Shown one piece after another: positions 53,424 to 64,000 of a stretch of DNA of 64,000 nt. A program made the position numbers and the translations under genes. This DNA is from Balanoglossus misakiensis. Its lineage: Eukaryota; Animalia; Hemichordata. Location of the stretch: assembly GCA_040954595.2 (NCBI GenBank), contig CM082576.2, positions 16,043,028 to 16,107,027 on the forward strand. The letters run 5' to 3'. The notes beneath the pieces are model-generated. The model was not told the DNA's origin and ran no database searches. It worked only from the letters and a program-made list of their open reading frames with translations. Position 1 is the stretch's first letter. Every line of letters begins with the position of its first letter.

Positions 53424-55931
53424 CACACGCACACACATGCACACTGTAACGTTTCAGTTACACTATTTTGCCATTTGTAAAGACAGAGTATCACATACAA
53501 ACATAGACTCTGGCGGTCTCATAGACAGTGTGCCACGGAGAGGTATAAATCCTTTTAACCAGCCCAGGTCTGAACGGCCGGCAAAGCCTTTTCAAACCTT
53601 CCAAACGTTCCAGGACCACTTTAAACTGTTCACACATAATATTTGAGTTGAGACGTATTATCATAAACGTTCAATGATTTCCGTTTGAGCGCCATAAATA
53701 TGTCTACCTGTGCATCTGTCTGCCTGTCTGTCTGTCTGTCCATCCACACAGTCACCAACCCACCCATCCATCAATATGTCTATCTAGTCTGCCGCTGTCT
53801 TACTGTAGTTCACTTTTGAACTGTGCATATACAGTACCATATATATGATTACAGCACTACACGAACTTGATGGGATAAGTCTCGTCTCGAAAACTCGACA
53901 TTTTTTTCCCGTTTTGGTTTGTAGATCTGCATCCAGAAGCTAATATGTTTAATCTCAATAGCTTTGGTGCATGGTGCCGCTGCGCTTTATGGGTAATACC
54001 GACGATATGGGCAACATTAATCACAGTGCAATATTTAGGTATAACATTCATGCAAGTAAGAATAAACCAGTAAAAGTAATTTTACGGCTGTGACTGCAAT
54101 ATTACATGGTATTATGTTGACTGAAAGTGTCGACATCTAAAATAATTATTTGGTTGTTTCTGTCCAGCAAGTTGACATGACATCTGTTTTTTTTTCCAAA
54201 CCAGATGTCAGGATCCCCTTTTGGTATAGTACGACGTGTATTTATTTATTTGCTCATTTCTGTGCAAGCATTTTGGACATCCAGATATGTACCGAGTTTT
54301 GTATGTGTATGTATGTATGTGTGTCTGCGTGCGTCCATGGACTATGTATGTGTCTTGGTGCAAACTCTTCAATATGATTTGGAAAATATCGAATTTACAC
54401 CATTAAAATTCTTGCTAATAGTTTATCAAATCACATAATACATTTGTAGTGGTTGCATTGTGTGTAATAAAAATTCGACCATGGACTAGTTAACCACGTA
54501 AAGAAATGGGGGAAAATCTGAAACTAACTGGTCCACAACTGTGATTTGTAATTAACACAGAAACATTGAAAGTTTTGTAATCTTTTTGATTGACATTTCC
54601 GACAGTGATGTATGGAATCTTTCCTTTTTGTGACTGGGATTAAAAAGTTTATAAATACAAAAAATATGCGATAAAAGCGGTTTGAGAAACATTTTCCATC
54701 AATCTCACGAACAATAATTAAAGTATCGATTTTAATGAAATCATGACGCTTGCATCCAGTTTTCTCATTAGAATTTCGCCATAAAAGTCAGTGGAATAAA
54801 TTACTGTGACTTATTGAGCAAGCCGTATGCCAGCTTTTAAAAGTGTCTATTGTCTAACTTTCTTTTCCACGAGTATTTTTAGATTACTTTATGGAAGCAC
54901 GTGTTATATATGCTAATCTTTTCATAGCAAATGCTATATTAACACAAACAAATCTAAGCCTGATCACAATATCCGGATTTCTTTTAGAGAGATTCATCAT
55001 AGTCTGTGCTGCCTGAATCTGCGAGGTAAGTGACAATCTTCCATAGCTTCGATAATGCAGTCTCTATACGGTCAAGTAGTCCATGCTATTGGTGAAAGGT
55101 TGACGAGAAGACAGGTTTCCACTTTGTGTTTACAGACATAATAGTTTAAACCGAATAAGAGACCGACTTCGCAACTGTTGTGCTGAGGATTACATTTGAA
55201 TTGTCGCCGCTAACTCTCTCAACGGATGCCGTCTACCCCTCTTTCCTGAGCGTTTGCCAAAATTCTCAACCACGCCTTGTCATACGAAAACTGCCTCGAC
55301 AAAATCAGTTATATATACGACCTTTAATATGTGTGACCTTTTCAACTGAAAACTGTCCAAACAAGTTTTTAAATCGTTCAACAAATTGATTCAATGCTGT
55401 TGCTACGCCCAAAGCTGCCACTTATAGCATATTTTTATCGAGAAAATACGCCAGTCTTCTACTTCTCCGGTCTTGAGTCACTGAACTTCATCCTTCTTGG
55501 CAGATGACGTCATTTTCTTTGCGTTTGTGGACATTCTAATATATGAGTGCGCATATGACGATAACTGCCTACTTTTGCAATACGAATATGAATAAATGGG
55601 TGAGACACACGTAAAACGTTTGTGTATACCCATCAGTAAGCTTTGGACCAATCTAACTTTGAAAGTAAAATCATGAAAATACTAGAAATACAAAAAGTGA
55701 CGGCTGATTTAGTATATCTAATACTCTTGTGGCCATCTCTCTCTCTCCCTCCCCCCCCCTCTCTCTCTCTCCCTTCTCTCTCCCCCTCTCCCCCCTCTCT
55801 CTGGCTGCTCTATTGTAATGCTGAGAGAGAGGGGGAGAGAGTGGTCTTATGTTTTAGTATTGTGTGTAATTGCTGTTTGAAGTTCATATGAAGGTCTATT
55901 ATTTTTCAGAAATCAAGAACATTCCAGAAAT

Positions 55932-56814
55932 ATGTGGCGAATTGGTGCATCTCTACTGGTAATCCTACTGTGGATTTGTCTTGGAGATTGTGGATGTAGG
56001 TATTAAACTCTGATATTACGCTGTGACTGAGGGAATGCCAGCATGTGTGTCACGGGGTGGGCCTTGTGATGGTTTAGATGGAGGGAGGGAGGGAACGAGG
56101 GAGGGCGGGAAGTAGGGTGGGGGCCATCCATTCCATTTGCTTCCTCTAAATCAAGATTTTTTTTAGGTTGGCGAATTATATCGGATGTTCGCCATGTTGT
56201 TTTGTCTTTCAGCAACTAGAATGCTCGGGGCTGACTGTGCAGGCAACCTAGTTACACGTAGTTACCATAGCGGCAATTGGCATTTGGCTGAAGGTACCTG
56301 CTGCGTGGATGACGTGGCGATACGTGATGACGGGTTTGTACTGGGTGTGAAAGACCGAGAGTTGTACTACAAAGTGGCGCCAAATGTCGGCGAATGGCAA
56401 GGGCCTGTTGAGAACAGTTGCTGCATTAAAGATGTCGCCTTCATGGCAGACGGTTCCATCCTGGGCGTTCACAAGGACGAGAAGCTGGTGCATCGCGCCG
56501 ACTTGAACAGCGATTGGTTCGACGTCCCCCACAGCCTCGGAGTGGTTGCTGCAGATGTCTTCCCAGATGGTCGAATACTCGGCGTCGCCCGAACAGGCGA
56601 GCTAAAGGTTCGCGATGGTTTATCCTCAACCTGGAGTCTGTATGAGGCATCCGGTGTAAATGTCAAGGATATTGCCATACAGCCAAACAGTGACATATAT
56701 GGAATTGGGAAGAAATTGGACTCCCTCTACATCCTCAAAGATGGTACTTGGGAGTTGATCCCTGATTCCGGTTGCGTCGAATCTATTGCATCATTAGACA
56801 ATTTGAACGTATAG
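55932..56814 (+). CDS. Secreted tectonin/tachylectin-like beta-propeller repeat protein, paralog A (221 aa)
   Basis: Exon 55932-55995 (signal peptide MWRIGASLLVILLWICLG) plus exon 56213-56814, joined in phase 1. About five ~38-aa repeats W..V..S(CC)V.D(V/I)A...DG.(I/L)LGV...L. AATAAA at ~56922 and 56931. Confidence 0.8.
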
Positions 56815-58703
56815 ACAAATCTAACGGAAAGTTAATCACTCAGACTTCAACAAGTCTTTACTGTCCTTGTCCTGCGGTCTAGTAGTAAAAGTAATTGAAT
56901 GATGGTGTAAGCAAACCGTGTTAATAAAGCAATAAAACAGATTAATTAAGCAAACGTTTGTTCGTGTCAGCTCTGTCAGTACAACTACAGTGACGATGTG
57001 TATCTAACGTATAAGGAGGAGGCAGAGACAGACAGACAGGGATACAAATAGAGGGGAGGGGAGAACGAAAGAAAGAAAGAACGAAAGAGAGAGAGAAGAA
57101 CGAACGAATAAAAGACAGGAAGAAAGAAAGAGACAGCGTGACTTATTAAACGAAAATTATTGTGATATTGCCGTAAATCCTTAAATTTCATGTCCAAAGC
57201 CACCAATCACTATACATTGTATTTTCACTTCGGTTTATGATAAGATAATATCGCCACCAAGCAGCCACGTCAATAATTGCCTGATGCGCATAGAGAGATC
57301 ACGTGATCTTGGTAATTTCGCATGACAGCAAAATTATACTATTTACAGTTGTCAACTAATAAAAACGGGGGGAGAGGCTGTGAGGGCGCATCGAACACTA
57401 CAAGAGATCAAATACATTAAATTCAATGAAAAGGAGAAATTTCACCCAAATTCTGTCAGGATTTTATTGAACCTGTCCGGGGTCCACATTGGGGAGGGGG
57501 AGGGGGTGAAAGAACACACGACAGCTGTAAACTCAAATCCGTCTGTCCAAATTACGAACGGTCGTTGTTGTGACAAGCCGACGGAAGCAAATACTGGCTA
57601 AAAAAATAATTTAACTTTGAAGGTCTGTAGGGCGTTAACAGTAAAGGACAGAGGACCAGTATTCATTACATTTCAATTTTCAATTTCAATTAAAATCAAT
57701 TGTTCAGTATACTGAGTTGCTCTATTTTTCCGCTACCGGCGATTCAAATATAGCATTGACAAACACGTTCCCAAAATGTCAATCAAGTGATTTTGAGTTG
57801 CACTGCAGCACAGAGGGGAAAGTTTATTCTGACATAGTTGTTAGAAAACCGGGCATGAATAGTCGAGTGAGATTAATCATGTCAACTATTTTTTTACCCT
57901 GATCGTGCGTTTTCACTCATTCGATGTGCGACCCCACATACGGTTTACTCAAAATATCCATATTGTAACGTTATACAAAATTTATGCATCACACGTGGGG
58001 AAAATATATCATTTTGGCACCATGGTGGTTAAACATAGAACCGGAAGACAGAGGCATTTTGTGCGTTTTTTGATCACACTAACAGGGAAAACTGCGTCAC
58101 TGTTTAACTGAAATTCATAGACCTGAACTAGGAAATGTTGAGATCAAGCAGACTTTCTGTGGTTTTCACCCAATTATCCACAATGCACTCAAAGAACCGT
58201 CCAATAGCAGAAAGCAATGGTCATCACGATGATTAAACAACGGAAATTGTCCTCTGGGTGTCGTTGGGGGCGTCCAATGTGCTAAATTGAAGGGCGCTCA
58301 GCAAAGACCAGACGTTGCAAATGAAAGCATGAATTGAATGAAACTCTTGTAAGTTCAAACATGTTTTGGTGACAAAGGAAAGGGTGTGGTAATTTTGGAA
58401 CTATCCATTTTCTCATACAGTACAACAAACTGGAACAACGAATCCCAATACATGTACATGTACATATACATCGCTCAAGCGATGACATGCATTTTCAGCA
58501 GTAACGCACCGAAACTTGTTATAATCAAACGTTATTATCGATCGGTCAAATGGATTATTAATGGGGCTTCATACAGTTTGTAGAACTAATCTACAGTTAT
58601 TTTCTCCCATTTTAGTGTTAATTATCTTTGACTTATACACCAGCGCAAAAAAACTACCTCACCATGCCACGTGTACCATTATGACAAAAACTCCAATGAT
58701 TTA

Positions 58704-59453
58704 GGCTGCATTCACAAACACCTCTGGAGGGGGGGGGCGGGAGAATTCAATTTTTTACTGTTAATTTTCACATGACCCCCGTACACAACCCGAAATATTT
58801 TCAAATCCCCCCTTCCGAACTGCTAAAATTTTGAAATCCCCCCCCCCCCATTTTCTTTCACACAGCAATCTATCTTGTAAAAAAGGAAAACAGCGCTCCC
58901 ATGAAAAGAATTTGAAACTGAAGTTTTCCCTCATCAGTGGGTATTAAGACTAGACATTGTTATTATTTTTTAAGTATTTGTATTCTGTGTTGGGAGACAT
59001 TGCAAACCGAGAAGTTAAGGGGGTGTAAGAAAATTTTATAAAATACAGAGCTCAAATAAAGCTGCATTTTAATGAACCCAAAAGCAAATTAACTCAACTA
59101 CCGGTATGTTAGGGAGGACAAATTTAACCTTCGCTGCTCAAAGTTAGCATGGGGGGGGGGGGGCAAGTCCCTGACCTGGGACACTAGATAAACCAAGTCA
59201 GTGATTGAAAGGTGTTGATGAATGACGGGGGTGGGTGTGAAAAATTTGTATTAGAACAATTTGTATTATGAAGGGTTCAAAACTGCATTTTTGTGGACTC
59301 AAAATAAATATTTAGTCCTTAAAGTTTTCAAGTCCCCCTTTCAGTCCCTAAATTATTTCAAATCCCCCCTTACATACCCTCAATGTTTTCAAATCCCCCC
59401 CCCCTCAATTCTCCCGCCCCCCCCCCCCTCCAGAGGTGTTTGTGAATGCAGCC
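58704..59453. mobile_element. PIF/Harbinger-like MITE with TTA TSD
   Basis: tta|GGCTGCATTCACAAACACCTCTGGAGGGGG...CCCCTCCAGAGGTGTTTGTGAATGCAGCC|tta. Confidence 0.88.
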
Positions 59454-60225
59454 TTAGTCTGTTTTTCGTTATTAAAGAATAATAATAATCATCATGTCTA
59501 CATGTATCTATCTATCTACACACGGGAGAGAGACAGAGATAACGAGACACAGAGAGAGACACAGAGACACACACAAGATAAAATTGCACGAGAGTAAAAA
59601 AGGGCACAAATGATTAATACATTGTCCTGTCTTTTTAGTTCTCACTACACCCGCTTTTGTCACAGAACAAGTACGATCTGGGTCAATCTTTCTGATCGAT
59701 GGTATAACGTTTCGCTTTTAATTTACATATCTTACCTACGATTGTTTCTTGTCTATTTTAGTCCCTATCATTCACAATTGGGGGACACCTTTATATCAGG
59801 CACGAACAGCGCGCCCTGTTCTCCACAAACCTCCAGATCTCCAACAGCACAAGGTGAGTTTTTACATCGGTGACGGGATCTTTGTTTTAACTATGTTACC
59901 ATACACTCACTATGAAATCTCCGTGTAGCTAACTCTATACATAATATTTTTTAGACAAATAATCTAAAGCGCCATTTAAGTTTGTTCATCATACGTCTGA
60001 ACCACCGTTTATACCTTTTAAATCTTCATATTCGGAACATACAATACGTTTTGTGCATGAGACTGTAGTAATCTTTTTAATCGATACGGCAACTTCGTGG
60101 GGAACATTCATAGTATGATACTTGCAGCGAGAGCAGTTGTTCAAAAGAATCCGTTTACCTAAATTTTGTCAGAAAGGTCAAAGACTTTTGCTTCCAATTT
60201 TCAGGGCGGTACCTTCACAAAAAGT

Positions 60226-61088
60226 ATGTGGCGAGTATTAGTATCGACGCTGTTGCTTCAGCTGGTAATTCACACAGCATATGGTATTGGTAAGTACGTG
60301 TACATGTATTTCAATAGTCCATACTATTCTTCTTATTGGCTCAATGAATTTCTCCAGTCGGCAAAATGTGTGTTTGTGGTGAGGTTTAGAGATTGAAGAC
60401 AGAAAAAAACATGCCCGATATATACATGTGCTCATTTGTTTTTTTGTTTGTTATTTTGTTTTCCACAGCACCTATGATCGGTGTAGAATGCACCAAGAAA
60501 TTGGTTCAGCGCTCATCAATGCTTGGTAAATGGGAAAAGGTGGGAGGCAGTTGCTGCGTCGAGAGTATTGGCATCTTGCACGACCACTCTTTGGTGGGGG
60601 TCAAAGACGACCATCAGGTTTACAGGAAAGAGTCGCCGCACGTTGGCGACTGGGTGGGGCCGCTTCCCGACAGCTGCTGCGTCAAAGACGTCACCGTTAT
60701 GTCGGACGGCACCTTGCTGGGAGTGTCCACGGAAGGGCTGCTGGTGACGCGTCCGGACCCCCGAACGACTCCGGGCAGCGCTTGGACCGACGTTCGTCGC
60801 AGCAAGGGAGTGGTGGCCGCAGATGTCCACCCCGACGGAAGAATCTTCGGTGTCACCAAGGAAGGTCTTCTGAAGGTCCGCGACGGTCTGGACGGCACTT
60901 GGGCCACTTTCAAGACCGAAGGACTCGGCGTCAGGGACATTGCCATTCAGAAAAACGGTCTCATCTTCGGAATTGGTAAGAAATCCAGGGCTCTCCATGT
61001 TCTGGATGGACAGGGCAAATGGGGCCTTGCTATTCCTGACACCGAGTGCGTTGAGTCTATCGCGTCCGATTCAAACCTTTCACAATAG
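60226..61088 (+). CDS. Secreted tectonin/tachylectin-like beta-propeller repeat protein, paralog B (227 aa)
   Basis: Exon 60226-60289 (MWRVLVSTLLLQLVIHTAYG) plus exon 60469-61088. Same 64-nt first coding segment and repeat pattern as paralog A. An upstream non-coding exon has its donor at ~59853, with a TATA-like TTTATAT at ~59790. Confidence 0.8.
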
Positions 61089-61688
61089 TATAGTTCATCT
61101 GGCTTGCTGCATCGGCTATTTCATCACCACTCATTATAGAACGTACCTTTTACCAGTCAGGTAGCGCAAACGTCAGCGCGAGCAGAGAAGCGTCAATGTT
61201 CCGGTTTAGAATCTTATCGGTAAGAGAAATTCAGAAGAGCAAATTTAATCACTTTCTATCATATTAGTATTTCTCTACTTTCACATTGAAACAGAAATCT
61301 CCGTGCATAAAAATATACGAGGTTTCCACATGGTGGTGGAATTATTATGACATAGTCTAAATTGCTTGTATTTTGTGTGGAGATGCTGTTAGTTTAAATA
61401 AAATCACTTTCAACGCTGGATGCAGCGCCGGTTTGTATTTATTGCCCCTGCCTATGTTCTCCTTTAGACAATTGTTTGTTGTCCCATCCGTTTACTCACG
61501 GTCCCCGAATTCCTCGGAGGCGGCCGAGGTCACTCACTGGAGTGAGCGTGACTCCTCTTAACACACTTCATCACACTGACATGACATTGCTGTTGGAAAT
61601 AAAAAGTGTCGGGCGAACAAAACGGCATGAACTAAATAGCCGTTCGTGGTTGAGAATAGGTGTCCAAAGCAAGCTTCCTAAAACCGCT

Positions 61689-61848
61689 ATGGCCAAACTA
61701 TCCCCTATTGCCAGAGAAGCCATTGATGCGACGTACGAAGAGTTTTACAGGGAGTATAACAGGCGAGATTTCGCTACCATGAGTAGGTGTTCAGAAGAAG
61801 ATAGTATGATGATTTCGTTGGGTACTCGCTGCCACTATGGCAAAAGCG
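61689..61848 (+). CDS. First coding exon of a putative NTF2/SnoaL-like (DUF4440-type) protein
   Basis: GCTATGG start. AREAIDATYEEFYREYNRRDFATMSRCSEEDSMMISLG...YGKS resembles the SnoaL N-terminal helices. Donor G|gtaagc. Later exons were not seen in the window. Confidence 0.55.
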
Positions 61849-62199
61849 GTAAGCTACAGAACTCTTTGTGGTTACACTCTGAACAAATTCTGGAATACCA
61901 AATTGTCGCACAAAATTATTTTGCTATCTCTAGCCTGGCGTTACACTCGCCAGGGCATTGCTGTTCTAGAGACACGCATATTTTCATTTCGTTTCAAGTT
62001 TGCGTTTCGACCGGCTCCGACAAGGTAAAAGCGTGCGTTTTAAATGGAAAGAGACAGACAGAACACAGCAGTCTCCGTCTGGTCAAAAATCCGTCGTCCA
62101 CTGGACTTCCTTCCTCTTTGGTGAGCGCCCTCGGACGACAGAATTTTCAGTCTAGGCCAAAGATAATTTGTCATTGTGGTGCCCAGGGAAGTCGGTCAG

Positions 62200-63290
62200 A
62201 TAAGAGGAGTCGGCCAGCACATAAAGTCGGCCAGTGGGAGAGAACCGTTGACACTTAACTTCGTAAATGTTTCACAACGAACTGATTCCTGGATAATTTC
62301 TTGATGTACAGCAACTGACTTTTAACAAGATCTAACAAAAAGAAAACATCCATCAAACAACTTCGAAAAGAGGATAGTTTGACCTTAAATGAACCCACGG
62401 ATATTCTCAATGAAATGAAACATTTCTACTCAACTTTGTATTCTGAAGAAACTGTGGAAGTTCAGCTGAGCTAAATGACACCCTTCTAAAAAGCATAGAG
62501 ACCCCCCCCCCCAACTCAATGAGGAAATGCAAGTAACTTGTGAGAAACTCCCGGGAGGAGTATTTAACATGATGTTCCCAATGAAGTAAAACAAAAGCCC
62601 ATGCAGGTAATGACGACATTACTGTAGAATTCTGAGCTTTTTGGCCATCACTTGGGAAGTTACTGGTAGATTGCTTGAATTACGCATTTGAACACGGGGA
62701 ATTCTCTGTCTGTCGGAGACAGAGGATGATCACACAAATAGAAAAAAACTGGACGCTTAATGCTAAAAAAATGGCGTCCAATCTCTTTAATGAATGTAGA
62801 TATTAAAATTGCTTCAATATGCTTAGCAAAGCGCCTTGAGAAAGTTCTCCCGAGTTAATCGGTCCAACACAAGCAGCTTTCGTGAAGGGCTGCAACTATA
62901 TGTAAGGCTCATGTAAGGCAAATTTATCAGTATACCAGAGAACATGGGAGCACTACTTTTCGCCATAGACTTCGAAAAAACATTTGATACTGTGAGCTGG
63001 TTCTATTTATTCAAAATTTTGGAGAACTTCCGACATTGGTTAAGGGTGTTGTATACTAACAGTGAAAGCTGCGTAATGAACGAAGGATTCAGTATGGGGT
63101 ACTTCAAATTGGGAAAGGGGTTAAGGCCCGGGGTTAAGGCAGGGAGACATATTGACTCCAATGCTTTTTATGCTTGTTTTAACTTTCCTGGTTTCAATAA
63201 AGTCAAACAAATACATTTCTGGCATCACCATACTGGGGGAATAAATTAAGGAAGCTGATTATGCAGATTACCTGACCTTGCGTCTGCCGG
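62200..63290 (+). mobile_element. Degenerate L1/Tx1-type LINE ORF2 (RT) fragment
   Basis: KWRPISLMNVDIKIAS, QAAFVKG, IDFEKTFDTVSW, GVKAG(RQGD-like) and YAD(Y), with many stops and frameshifts. Confidence 0.8.
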
Positions 63291-64000
63291 GGTGCTATTC
63301 AAGTTAAACAATTTTCATGAATGCTCAATATTGTTATTTTTGCGATAATTGATGTATGTACGAAGTAAAATACTGATATACTTAATACTAGTCACTAGTA
63401 TTAAGACTGGTTACATTAAAATTACCCAATAAAAATACTTTAAATACAAAAAAAGAATTTAAAGTTTAAGAAAATAACAATACTATATGTCATAGTTCAT
63501 ACTTTTACAAACAGTGTTTACACTATTCCAACTACCCCAGCCAGCTGTCCATCAGGGATATGACCTTTTAATTTGACCTTTTGGAATGGAATCTCACAAC
63601 GCAGAAGAAATGCACTGAGCTAAAGTTCCCAGCTCTCTGATACATACAACGTTGGGGAAAACAGCACTACAGGCTGCAAGTGACTTTGGGCTCTCTCCGA
63701 CGACGCGATGTGGCTTGTGAAATTGGCAATATTTTGGTTCTTAATTTCTCTGGTTGGTGGTGAACCGGACAGAAATCGTATATACTGTAAGTTATGAAAA
63801 ATATTCTTCAGCTTTTACCGCCTTCCTATCGCTGTTTTAGTTACCGAAAAAGTTTACCACTTCGGCAATTGTAAACTGATAAAATTGCCCAGAAAAATAA
63901 CAAAAAATGATGTCGGATAGTGATAATTGTATTATTTCTGACATTATTTCTGACTAAAATGGGCGTTTTGTCGGTACGTTGCTCTTTCCGTACAAAAGTC

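Noticed and set aside
61476-62258. 260-aa ORF as a single-exon gene
   Set aside because: Only 61689-61848 looks coding. The rest reads through a strong splice donor into intron sequence.

Overview
Eukaryotic, intron-rich and repeat-dense DNA. It most likely comes from a marine invertebrate deuterostome (hemichordate-, echinoderm- or amphioxus-like); this is inferred from the gene families and repeats. The left half (1-29 kb) is mostly decayed transposons: TTAA-flanked palindromic MITEs, a MULE-like element with nested inserts, a THAP fragment, an Ngaro/DIRS-type retroelement with a template-switch inversion, a CR1/L2-group LINE, and an internally deleted Gypsy-like LTR element. That LTR element carries, after gag and protease, a C2H2-zinc-finger/TatD-nuclease ORF, the most unusual item found. 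Embedded in this half are a GT-B glycosyltransferase-like exon and a TRADD-N-like exon (a putative innate-immunity gene) and a degenerate three-exon protein kinase. The right half is a cluster of secreted pattern-recognition-type genes: tandem C-type lectin copies (7-nt microexon, complementary lesions), a PAN-EGF-TSP1-TSP1-pentraxin-TSP1-pentraxin mosaic gene, two tectonin/tachylectin-like beta-propeller paralogs, the first exon of an NTF2/SnoaL-like gene, and an L1/Tx1 remnant. All calls come from manual reading; no database searches were run.
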